From Antechinus flavipes (taxonomy: Eukaryota): 47,131 bases of DNA. The translations under genes were made by a program, and so were the position numbers. The notes below the pieces were generated by a model. That model ran no database searches. It was not told the origin of the DNA and saw only the letters and a list, made by a program, of their open reading frames with translations. Below, piece by piece: positions 1 to 16,049 of this stretch (the first letter of the stretch is position 1; the number at the start of each line of letters is the position of its first letter). Location of the stretch: the NCBI RefSeq assembly GCF_016432865.1, contig NC_067400.1, positions 616,900,001 to 616,947,131 of the forward strand, written 5' to 3'.

Positions 1-24
1 GTACAGGAAATACGCAGGTGTTCA

Positions 25-245
25 TTTGTTGCTGTTCAGTCACGCGTGACTCTCTGTGACCCCATCTGGGCTTTTCTTGGCAGACACACTAGAGTGGTTT
101 GCCATTTCCTTCTTCAGTTTATCTTACAGATGAGAAAAAAGAGCCAGACGGGATTAAAGTGACTTGCTCAGAATCACGCAGCCAGGAAGTGTCCGAGGCC
201 AGATATGAAGTCAAGTTTTCCCGACTCCAGATGGAGCGCTCTCTC
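25..245 (-). mobile_element. Mar1-like marsupial CORE-SINE
   Basis: GTGACCCCATCTGGGCTTTTCTTGGCAGACACACTAGAGTGGTTTGCCATTTCCTTC (RTE/BovB-like tail) plus core TTACAGATGAG...GTGACTTGC...GAGGCCAG. Recognised from memory of the consensus. Confidence 0.8.
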
Positions 246-399
246 CCCTGCACCCCCCAGTTGTCCCCAATACTTAGCAATAGAATAAATACCCGACCCC
301 TCCCGGATTCCTGTCATATGTTTGTATATGTTCTACTCCCTCCCTGGGGACCCAGAATCTAAGCGTTAAATAGTTATCGCAGGTGCCCATGCAAGGGGT

Positions 400-1900
400 T
401 CAAAGAGAAAGGGGTCTGCTCCCCCGTCGGGTGCTCATTCTTTGTTCGCCGAGGGGACGGATCGCATCGTTCCGTCGGGGCTGGACGATGGGCGACATGA
501 ACCGGAAGTGCACAGAGTCACCGGCCTCTCCGTCCAAGTCCGACGGCAGAACAAAAGCCAGGAGGACAGTGGATCTTCGAGGTCCAAGCGAGCTCCGAGG
601 GGAGGCTCCGCGCTGCGGGCTTCAGCCGCCTTCGGGGCCCCTGGGAGAGACCGTTCGGCGGCCCGCTCCAGCCGGGAGTCTTCCCGCGCTCGGGACAGGC
701 GCCTCTAGCTCTCTGACAGGTGTGAGACCCGTGGGCCACCCCGGCCGGGTTTAACCATCTGCCCACAGGCCCCGGATCCTTCCTGGAGCCACAGGGGGGA
801 GCTGGGGGACGTGGGGCGGTCCCGAGCAGCCGCGCGCCTCAGGCCGCGGCTCCGTCAGGGAGCCTCAGGGTTAGATAAGGGGGGGGGGGGAAACCACCCC
901 CCGCTTCGGAGATAGTCTTCGTTCTCTGGGCACAGCAAAATGCCAGGGCGTTCCCTTCCCTCGGTGCCCAGAGCGCCCTGGCGGACGGACGTCGCTTTCG
1001 TCCCGAGCGTTTGTTCTACAGGAAGTGTCCGGTGTTAGATGTCCTACCAAGGAGGAGAAACGCTATTGGGACGGCTGAAGAACTGTGCATCTCATGCATG
1101 TACAGTCCCCTTCCTCTCAAGCCTGTTAATTGATAATGATAATCATGATCGCCAGCCTTTGGGCAGTGAGCGCCAGCTCAGGAATAACGGGGCCAGAAGC
1201 CAGGGGAACACATCAAGAAACTGACACCGGAGACTCTCCCTCCCGACTCCACTCCCCCAGTCCTCCAAGGCCATAGAGCGCAGGGCCAGAGTGGCACGTC
1301 TCGATGGTTCCTTTCGGAGGACGGAAAAGCCGGAAGTGCCGCTGCCAGAAGCCTAGGAGGGCCTCTCTAGCCGAAAATAGGCTTTCCTCTTTTCCCCCGC
1401 GACAGACATTCCGCAGGGCACGGCCGACCCAGACCCCGAGCTAGGATCAGAGGGAGAAGTTTGGGTGGTGGCCGTGGAAGCTACGCGGCTCCTGGGGAGG
1501 GCATCGTGCACCAGGGATTGGCTGTCCCGCTGATCAATCACAGGGTCGCCCGGAGACTGCACGCGGAATTGGGCGGGAGGTGAGCCACTGGCGGTGGGCG
1601 GAGCGTGAGGAGGAGGGGCGGGGGCAATCTAGGGGGCGGGACTTGTGGAACTTTGGGACTAGAGAGGGGGCGGGGAGGTCTGGCGCTGGGAGCGGAGACA
1701 AGAAAGGAGGCGGGGCTTGTAGGACATAAGAACAAGGAGAGGGAGGGAAGTTCTGGAGAGTTTGGGGCGGAGTTAAGTGAGGGGGCGGGGCTAGTGGGAC
1801 ACCGGGACTAAGGATGGGATGCGACGTGTGGAGAGCCGGGAGTCCAAACACAAGGGCGGGGCGGGAGTTGGGGGCTCTGGGGACCCCCGGGAGAGGACAG
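400..1900 (+). promoter_or_regulatory. ERCC1 CpG-island promoter / probable non-coding first exon
   Basis: CpG-rich. ETS/GABPA CCGGAAGTG at 502-510 and 1330-1338; many GC boxes 1571-1790; candidate donor GAG|GTGAGC at 1580. Exact TSS cannot be fixed. Confidence 0.6.
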
Positions 1901-2399
1901 TGGCAGGGGCGGGAGCCCTGAGTGCTGAGATGGGTGCCCTAGAAGGTATTATTGGGGGGAGCTCCACACGTGCTGCCAGAGGAGGGTCTTGCCCATTGCA
2001 TCCCATACAAGTTACGGTCCTAACCTCCGCCGGGCCCTCCCTGCTGCTGAGGATTATTCCTCCCGAACCCCTCCCTCTCCCACCGCCCGCCGCGGTTCTT
2101 TTAGAGCTTTTCATCTCTCCACAGAATTCTCGTGGCTCCTCCTCCCTCCACCTTCCCATATGTGTTTTATGCATTTCCCCCAATTAAAACATTATTTTAG
2201 CATTTTGCCCCTCCTCCTCCTCTCCCTGAGATGGCATTTTACAGGGAAAAAATCGAGACCCCTTACTGAGCGCCCCCCCCCCATCCGTGCCCAGCCCCGG
2301 GACCTCCTCCTCCCCCCAGTCTCACAGGAAAGGTGGCCCTTCTCGCCCGGCAAACCCTCTCTGGGCTCGGCTGCTGCTCCTCTGGTATGGCCGCTCTCG

Positions 2400-3405
2400 T
2401 CAGTCTCTCCCTGTCTGGGGGCTCACAAAGCCCCTCCTGGCTCCATCCATCCCCCAGCTCTCATCCTGCGCCCCTGCCCTCTGTAGCTCAGCCGACTTTA
2501 AGACGCTTCCTCTCACTCCCTGGCTCATCCTTCCCCGGAGGCGGGACCCCCTCATGGCCAAGCCCGATGCCCCCTCCCAAGCATCCTCCCGTGCAGCCCC
2601 CGCCCCCGCCCTCCGGCCTCTCCTTGGCTTCCCAGACTGCTCTTTTTCTGGCTCTCGCCCGCTGTCTCCTGGCTCTCCCCAGCTGGCCTCCGACAGCACT
2701 GAGCGCTTATTTTTTCTTCCTCCCAGTATTTCCCTGGGGTCTCCTCAGCTTTTATAGATTCTCTCCATGCTGATGGCTTCTCCAGGCCTAACGTCTCGGG
2801 GCCTTCTAGCCCCCTCTCCAACCGCCTTCCGGATATCTTGAGCTGGATGTCCCGCAGACGTGCCCCAAACTGACGGCGGCAGCTCTTCCCCCACTCTCCC
2901 CCCCCCCTCTGACTGCTTCTTCCCAGCGTCTGGGGCTCCCAGCAGTCCTCCCGGACTGCTCCTCCTCTTCCCTCCCCCAGGGCTGTTGATGTCACCCTCA
3001 GAGCATCTCTGCTCTGACACAGCCCCCATCGCCTCGCCCTGGATGACTCACAGCAGCGGGGCAGGGGTCTACCTGCTACTTTTCAGATCTCCCAGCCTGC
3101 CCTCCTCCCACATCCCCTTTGATCCAGGGACACCAGCCTCCTTTGTTCCGAAAACAACACCCCCATCCCCTGGCCCTCCCCCCCTGCCTCCTGCTTCCTT
3201 CCAGTCCCCCCTAAAATCCCACCTCCTCCGGGAGACCGTTCCGGAGGCCTTCTCTCTGGGATTATTGCTGTTTTCCCCAGAGATTTCCATCTCTCCTCCA
3301 GGAGCTGCTCCTCAGGCAGGGCCTGGCCTTTGCTTCTGGGGCCCCAAGGGCTTAGCACAATGCCTGGCACGAAGTGGGGGCTTAATAAGTGTTTATCGGG
3401 ACTGT
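2400..3405 (+). mobile_element. Degenerate LINE-2 3' fragment
   Basis: CT-rich, with L2-like CAACCGCC...GAGCTGGATGTCCC...AAACT and the L2 terminus GGGCTTAGCACAATGCCTGGCAC...CTTAATAAGTGTTTAT. Left boundary approximate. Confidence 0.6.
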
Positions 3406-3416
3406 CCGGAGGGTGG

Positions 3417-4355
3417 CTGGGAGCACTGTGGGGCAGCCGGGACACGGGGGTGGGGAGCACTGTGGGGCAGCCGGGACACGGGGGTGGGGAGCACTGTGGG
3501 GCAGCCGGGACACGATGCTGGGAGCACTGTGGGGCAGCCGGGACACGGGGGTGGGGAGCACTGTGGGGCAGCCGGGGCACGGGGGAGGGGAGCACTGTGG
3601 GGCAGCCGGGACACGGGGGTGGGGAGCACTGTGGGGCAGCCGGGACACGATGCTGGGAGCACTGTGGGGCAGCCGGGACACGGGGGTGGGGAGCACTGTG
3701 GGGCAGCCGGGACACAATGCTGGGAGCATTGTGGGGCAGCTGGGGCACGGGGGTGGGGAGCACTGTGGGGCAGCCGGGACACGGGGGTGGGGAGCACTGT
3801 GGGGCAGCCGGGACACGATGCTGGGAGCACTGTGGGGCAGCCGGGACACGGGGGTGGGGAGCACTGTGGGGCAGCCGGGACACGATGCTGGGAGCACTGT
3901 GGGGCAGCCGGGACACGGGGGTGGGGAGCACTGTGGGGCAGCCGGGGCACGGGGTGGGGAGCACTGTGAGGCAGTGGGGACACGATGCTGGGAGCACTGT
4001 GGGGCAGCCGGGGCACGGGGGTGGGGAGCACTGTGGGGCAGCCGGGGCACGGGGTGGGGAGCACTGTGAGGCAGTGGGGACACGATGCTGGGAGCACTGT
4101 GGGGCAGCCGGGGCACGGGGGTGGGGAGCACTGTGGGGCAGCTGGGACACGATGCTGGGAGCACTGTGGGGCAGCCGGGACATGGGGGTGGGGAGCACTG
4201 TGGGGCAGCCGGGACACGATGCTGGGAGCACTGTGGGGCAGCCGGGACACGGGGGTGGGGAGCACTGTGGGGCAGCCGGGGCACGGGGGTGGGGAGCACT
4301 GTGAGGCAGCTGGGACATGATGCTGGGAGCACTGTGGGGCAGCCAGACACAGGGG
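3417..4355. repeat. 33-34 bp G-rich minisatellite, about 28 copies, ERCC1 intron 1
   Basis: Units (GGGGT|ATGCT)GGG(G)AGCACTGTGGGGCAGCCGGGACACG. Confidence 0.95.
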
Positions 4356-4530
4356 CGGGGACGGCTGCCTGGAGCTCTAGCTGTGGGAAACGTCAGGGGC
4401 TGTGGAATGCCGGGAGCTTCCAGGGCCATCCTGGGGCCGGCTTCTCTGGCCAGCCCTGGGACGTTATCAGGCCCCGGGAATGATCGGAACGCCGGCTATC
4501 GCCTTCTGTCTGCTCCAGCCAGGAACAGAG

Positions 4531-9892
<5,362 letters not shown>

Positions 9893-9933
9893 AGACGCCG
9901 GGTCTGCTGGGCGGGAGGGTCCCAGGAGGTGCC

Positions 9934-9939
9934 AATAAA
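9934..9939 (+). terminator. ERCC1 poly(A) signal AATAAA
   Basis: Canonical hexamer 42 nt after the ERCC1 stop. Confidence 0.8.
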
Positions 9940-10064
9940 GCACGGACACCGCAGCCCGTCTCCGTCCTTGCCAGGGCTGGGCCAAGAGCGCCACGGGGCG
10001 GGGGGAGGGGGGGAGGAGTGGAGGTCCTGACCCTGGCGGAGGGCAAGACTGCTGGTCCATCCGC

Positions 10065-12461
10065 CTAGGCCTGCCCTGCCTCCAGCTCCTCCTGATGCAG
10101 CTTCTTCTTCTTCTTTTTCTTCTTCTTCTCTTCCACCCCCTGGCTGGGGTTCAGGGTGACAGGCTCAGGGACCTCTGCCAGGGACTCCATCTCCTGTGGT
10201 GGCTCTGGGGCTTCCCCCTCCGCCTCCTTCCTCCTCTTCTTCTTCTTTTTCTTGGTGTGTGAGGGCTCGGCCTCCCCGAGAGACTCGGCCATCTCTGCCC
10301 CCTCCAGAATCTCTCCTACTTCTTCTTTCTTCCTTTTGGCAGGAGGTGGGTCCGCCATCTCCTCCGGCCCCACGGCCCGCTCAGGCGTGAGCATCTCTCC
10401 TCCCGCCTCCTCTCTCTTCCGGCTCTTCTTTTTGGCCGAGGATGGGGCTTTCTCCTCTTGAAGGTCACTTTGGACCTCCGATACCGGGGCCCTCTCCCCC
10501 AGCTCCATCATCTCTCCTAGCTCTTGTTTCTTCTTGCTCTTCTTTTTCTTAGGGGGTGAAAGAACAACCTCCTGTTGGGGCTCCATCACTCTGCCCTCAA
10601 GCTCTGGCACCCCTCCTGCCAGCTCCAGCGCCCCTCCTGCTGGCTCTGGCACCCCTCCCGCAGGCTCCGGTGCCCCTCCTGCCAGCTCCAGCGCCCCTCC
10701 CGCTGGCACTGATGCTTCTCCCGCCAGCTCCGGCGCTCCTCCCGCTGGCACTGATGCTTCTCCTGCCGGCTCCGGCGCTCCTCCCGCCGGCTCCAGCATC
10801 TCTCCCTCCAGCTCCTTCTTCTTTTTCTTCTTCTTCTTCTTGAGGGGGAGTGGGGCTGCCACATCTTCTTGGATTGGGACTTGCTCGGTCGGCTCCGGCA
10901 TCTCCTGCCCCGGAGGAGAGTTCAGCGCCCCCTGTCCGGGTGGAACCTCCCCAGGACTGGGTGTCAGAGCCGCCGATTCAGGCTTCTTCCTTTTCCGGGG
11001 AGACTTGGCCTCCGCTGCCTGAGCCGGGAGCCCCAGCACAGGTGGCTGGCCCCCAAAGGCCTGGAAGCGGGGCCGCAGGCCGGGAGGGATCTGTGGTGGG
11101 GGGCTGGTGGGGATGGCATGGAGGGCCTGGCCGGACGGCTTGGTGCGGGGCACTTCTATGACACTCAGGATGCCCCGCAGGGCGGGGGCTGGGACCAGCT
11201 GGCCGTCTGCTGAAGATGAGGGGGCCAGCAGGGTCTCGGGGCAGGCGCTGCTGTTGCTCAGGACGTGGTAGCGCTGACGGACGCCGGCCTCGTTCCGATG
11301 GCTCTTCACGGTCTGGAAGCCCACGAGAGGCACCTTGCATCCATTGAGGCTGTGGGGGAGGGGGAAAACTCGAATGGGGGATGGGGAACCCCATGGGATA
11401 TAGGGGGGAAGGGGCACGGGACCAAGAATCCCTAGAACTAACGGCAGTCTGGGAGGAACCCACTGCAACTGGGCAGTCCCGGGGCAGCGTCTGAGTGCGA
11501 GCGCCCACAGGGCAGGGCCTGGCTTGGGCCCTTTTGTGTCCCCACTACTCAGAGCGGGCACCGGGCTGTTGCTTGGGGGGTTTCGAGTCTGCCCCACTCT
11601 TTGTTGGCAGAGATGCCCGAATGGCTGGCCATTCTTTCCTCCTGAGGCAGACAAGAGGAAGCCACTTGCCCAGGCTCATCCAGCTCCTCCTCTCCAGGCC
11701 GGGTCCCTGTGCACTAGGGGTGACACTGAGGTGCCCTTCTGGCACACAGTAGGCGGCCACCAGCATGCAGTAGGTGCTTAATAAATGCTTACTAAGCGAA
11801 TGGACTGAAGACCCTAGCTCACTGCAGGGGCTCGGCCGGAGGGACAACGAAAACTGGGGCACAAGGGCAACGACTGACGGCTGGGCCAGGTGGGGAGGGG
11901 GCCTCTGGGCCAGGTGGGGAGGGGGCCGCTGGGCCAGGTGGGGAGGGGGCCGCTGGGCCAGGTGGGGAGGGGGCCGCTGGGCCAGGTGGGGAGGGGGCCG
12001 CTGGGCCAGGTGGGGAGGAGGCCGCTGGGCCAGGTGGGGAGGGGGCCGCTGGGCCAGGTGGGGAGGGGGCCGCTGGGCCAGGACTGAGGCTCGGGCCAGA
12101 GCACTATCCTCAGCCCCGAGGGCGAGCGCGTGGGCGGGGGAGCGTGTGTGCACGCGCGCTCGTGGCGGGCCGCGGCCCTCTCACCTGGCCGGGCTGAAGT
12201 CCGCGGGGGTCCGGATGAGCCACAGCTCGGTGCCGGGCTTCCGCAGGGCGTCCAGGGCGAGGCTCGGCGGCGGCTCGGCGGGCAGCGTGGCCGGGCAGAA
12301 GTCATCGGGGCAGAGCCGGCTCCGGACGTCTGGCGGCAGACGGGGGGATGAGCAGGACGCTCTCGGTGCCCCCCTCCCCCAATGCCATTCCCCACTCCCC
12401 CCCACTGCCCTACGTCCCCCACCCCATCCCCGGCTCCGCCCTACTCACCCGAGGCCGACAT
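10065..12461 (-). CDS. POLR1G: POLR1G/CD3EAP (PAF49, ASE-1), RNA polymerase I subunit RPA34, 3 coding exons, 480 aa
   Basis: complement join(12461-12449,12329-12185,11349-10065)=1443 nt. TELWLIRTPADFSP and PPPQIPPGLRPRFQAFGG match the RPA34 N-terminal domain, followed by a Lys-cluster/acidic tail. Position antisense to the ERCC1 3' end is as in human. The 13-nt first exon (ATGTCGGCCTCGG|GTGAGT) is the least certain part. Confidence 0.92.
10605..10793 (-). repeat. 21-bp coding tandem repeat (EPAGGAP-type x9) in POLR1G exon 3
   Basis: EPAGGAP EPAGEAS VPAGGAP ELAGEAS VPAGGAL ELAGGAP EPAGGVP EPAGGAL ELAGGVP. Confidence 0.9.
11881..12082. repeat. 24-bp minisatellite x8.4, POLR1G intron 2
   Basis: CTGGGCCAGGTGGGGAGGGGGCCG, near-perfect copies. 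Confidence 0.97.
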
Positions 12462-14400
12462 GGTCCCAGCAGCTCCGAGAACTCCGCTAAGTTCTGCCCG
12501 GGTCCCGGAACGCGCGGCGAGCCCACGTGGGGCCGGAGGGCGTGGCTACCGAGCTGGGCGAGTCCATTTGCGCCGGGAGCGGGGGGGTGAGTGAGAGCAG
12601 GGAAGGCGCGTTTCCCGGCGTCCCGGGCCCGCGCTATCGGCATCCTCCCCTCTGCCTCGGGCGCTCTTGGGCCGTCCCAGCACAGCGGGAGCCGGCTGGG
12701 AGGAGCTAGGTGTGTAGGGCTCGGAGGGTTTAAAGGGGCAGACGAGGGGGCGGAGCCGGGGCCAGAGCTAGTCCGGGGTGCCGGGGTCTGGGGTCTGAGC
12801 TGGGCTGGGCCGGGATCGGGGAGAAGGCCGCTTAGTGCTTCTTGGGATTCCCTCGGTCCAGAATCCCTCGCGCTTCCGAGCCCGCCTGGGAGGGAGCCAG
12901 GCGTCGGGGCTCCCAGCCCTGAACAGCTAGCAATGCCAGGGCGCCAGGCCGGGGGAGCAGGCAGAGGGATTGGGGGTCTCCGTGCTCTAGAGCCTCGGAT
13001 TTAGAGCCTTAGAACCTTTACCGTCTACGCCACCTTCTCTTCTTACGGGCGAGGAAAGCGACTCACAGACAGAAGGAACTCGGTAAGTGTCAAGAGGCGG
13101 GATTCGAATCCGGAGCTCGGCTGCCTGGGCCGAGTGGGACCCTGGGACCCAGGACGCGGTGACAACGTGGGGGATGGGCTCGGTTTGGGCTCCAGGATCT
13201 CAAAGCGTCATTACCGTTCGGACGTGGATTCTGGGCCCGGCGAGAGACACTGTAGGTCGGGGGCGATGGGGGCGGACGGGGGAGGGGGGGGGAAGATACG
13301 GGGTGGGGGCTGCCCCCTTGGAGGTGAGGAAGCGCAGCCCGAAGGGGCGGGGCCCGGACTGGGAGTTCGGATGCCAGGTTTGGGGAGTGGTGGGCAGGGC
13401 CATAGGAGAGAAACGTTGTCCTCTCGCCCACGGGGTTTCCTCGTTGGGGCCTCGAGAGGTGGACAGATCGACGGGTCGGGCGGCGGGGCCGCATTCCTGG
13501 GCGGTGCGTCAGCCTCCGGTCTCCCTGCCTCCCTGGGTGACCCGGGGATGGCCACGTCCCGTCTCCGGACCTATATTCCTAAGCCACCCGCAGCGGGCGG
13601 CCCGACGGGGCGGCTTCCTGCGTCTCTCCCTCCCCCATCTCCCAGAGCTCTAAATGCCTGGGTGCCTGGGCGGGCTCACTTTGGACTCGACTACAACCCC
13701 CAGGTTACCCCGAGCTGGGGCGCCCTGCGCGGGGGATCCCGGCCTTTGTAGTCTCGGGGATGCCGGTCTTCCCCGCCCCCAGCCTCGGGCCACTCCCCAA
13801 AGTGCGTGCTTGGAGACGTGCTCCCAAGCCCCCTTTTTCTAGCCGCGGAAGCTGTGGTCCGGGGTGGGAGTCTTCCTTCCTAAATCCTATTCCAAATCGG
13901 TAGCGGGACCGGAGTCTGCCCCACCCCCCACGCCCCCCGCAATTTGGGGCTTCGGAAATCCTCGCCCAGAGAAGTCGCCCAGCTAGTAATGGGTTCAAGA
14001 CCTCAGCCAGATTGCTGCGTCCCTCTGGGTTCCAACTCCGATCTCTGCTCAGGACGGAGGGAAAAGTGGGGAAAGTGCTAGGGTCTTCGGGACGAAAGCC
14101 AGCGGGGCGCGGGACTAGACTGGACCCTTGGGGAACTACAAGTCCCAAGATGCATCGCAGCAGACCCCCCCCCCATCTCCGCCCCCTCAAACTTCTCTCC
14201 TCCTCCGCCCGCCTTCTCTCCCTCCCTCTCCCTCCAACCTGTGTCACACTGAACTGTAAAACCTGTTCCCCGGCGCCAGGAAGCCCCGGGACCTGCCCGG
14301 ATCCGCCCGGGAGACTCAGAGGCAGCCCCGGTTGAAGGCGCAGTGAGTCGGCCGGGCCGGACGCCTGGGACCCCTCCGCTGGTTCTCCAGTGAGGGGTGG
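12100..14400. promoter_or_regulatory. Divergent POLR1G / PPP1R13L CpG-island promoter
   Basis: CpG-rich between the POLR1G ATG (12461,-) and a candidate PPP1R13L non-coding exon ending CA|GTGAGT at 14342/14343. ZNF143/SBS-type motif ACTACAAGTCCCAAGATGC at 14135-14153 and a weaker copy at 13690-13703. Confidence 0.65.
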
Positions 14401-16049
14401 GCGGGGAGGGGGGGGGCGGTAAAAGTAGCCCGGGGCACCTGGTGGAATTGGGGGGGTGGGGTAGAAAATGAGGTCATTCCCCAGATTGCTGGGGGGGGGG
14501 AATCTGGGGAGGGAGGGGTCTGGGGCTTCAGGAAAGGGAGGGCAGACCCTCCAGAGAAAGCCATCCGTCCGGTCCTCCTCGACTTTTCCAAGGGCCCCCT
14601 GGTGGGCACGAAATGACGGAACCTAGCCAGAAAGAGGATTTGGGGGAAGAACGCTGGTGGGGGAAGGGAGGGGAGGGAGCTCCGGGTGTCCCACTGCTAG
14701 GCTTTCCCCACCCCAGCCTCAGAGGAGGCTCTCAGACTTTCCGCTCTAATCCCCTTCTCCTCACGCAGCACAAGCTTTCATGCGCTTTCCCCCATTCTCT
14801 GGCTCGAGTTTGTGCGAAGGGAGGTCAGGGGAGGGGGATATCGCAGAGATCAGTGCTTGGCAGCTCTGCCGATAATAAGATTCGGGGCTGGGGAAGCTTG
14901 AGGGTCGCCTAGACCTAGGCCTTATTTTACAGCTTAGGAAACTGAGACCCAGAAGAAGATTAAGAGCTAAAAATAGGTTCTCCAAAGGGTGGGTTAGGAA
15001 TAGGGGGTTTCAGGTGGGGACACAGGCCGGCACAACATAGAATGCCAGGGCTAGAGATCATTTAGTATAACCTTGCTACTTTACAGAGGGGGAAACTGAG
15101 GCTCCAGGAGGGAAAGGACCCCTGGCTCTTGACGTCTATATTGTGTTTCCTGGAGGCAGGAACATGGAGTGTTGGGTGGCGGTAGCCAGTTTCTTCTAGT
15201 TCCTGGGGTCCCCTGAGCTTACCTGATCTGGAGACAATCCTCACGGCATCCAGGCTCAAAACCTGCCATTTGTCTCTCAGTCCCCCGGTCCTCCCACCCT
15301 CCAGCCTCTAGGGCAGCACCAGAGAAAGATAAGAGGTCAGCATCTAATTCTGGAAGCATTCTGGAAGGCTCTGTCCTTGCTGAGCTGTGTAGGACCGAGG
15401 CCTCCCCCCTCTGCTGCTTGTCCCAGTCCAGTGGGAACCAGTGGTGGACCCCAGAGCAGGCTCTAGGAAGGAGCCAGTCAGGACCACTGGTTTCCCTTAG
15501 ACTGACTCTTCTGAATTGTGGGAGTTGGAGATCACCTAAGCTAAGTTGGGACTGGGAGGAGGGAAAACTGGGATCCCCGAGGAAAAAGTTGTGACCCTGG
15601 AGTTTTCCTTCCCTTGCTGTGATCTCTCTCTTCCCCACCTCCCCCCCCCAACCCCCCCTAGCTTGGGTAGTTGTGAGCACAGATTTGGAAATGGGGAGGG
15701 GAGGCAAGATCCTGTCTAGTTCTTATATTGGAGGTTCTTCAAGACTAGGGTTCCTTTCTCCAGTCCCTTCCCAACCCTATGACACCAGAACAGTTTGCTT
15801 TGAGTTTAGTCCCTTTCTCTCCCTCACCTTGTGGCTCTCTCTTTTACTCTGTGACACTGAACAACTTGGGGTTCTAGGCACCCCACTCTCCTCAAACTTT
15901 TCCTCTTGGAGAGGGGCTAAAAGAACTGAGGTCTAGGGAAAGGAACAGTTCAGAGAATTTTTTTAAGCCAAAATATCAGAGCTGAAAGGAACCCCCTGAA
16001 ATGGAGTGTTCGACCTAAAGGGCCATTGGATCAAGAATAAGCTAGTTGG

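Noticed and set aside
879-890. Long G/C homopolymers (also near 28430-28447 and 36160-36177) as functional elements
   Set aside because: Homopolymer length is unreliable in assemblies, and nothing beyond generic G4 potential supports a function.
2860-4483. Many long overlapping ORFs (up to 448 aa) on both strands
   Set aside because: They are translations of the 33-34 bp minisatellite and a GC-rich L2 relic, which lack stops in several frames; no domain-like content.
11545-12490. ORFs with LAQRPPPH or ARWGGGRW repeats
   Set aside because: In-frame reading of the 24-bp intronic array; not a gene.
13040-13120. Strong donor CG|GTAAGT at 13083 as PPP1R13L exon 1
   Set aside because: It lies in a MIR-like relic whose consensus naturally contains GTAAGT..GGATTCGAA; there is no independent support, though exaptation is not excluded.
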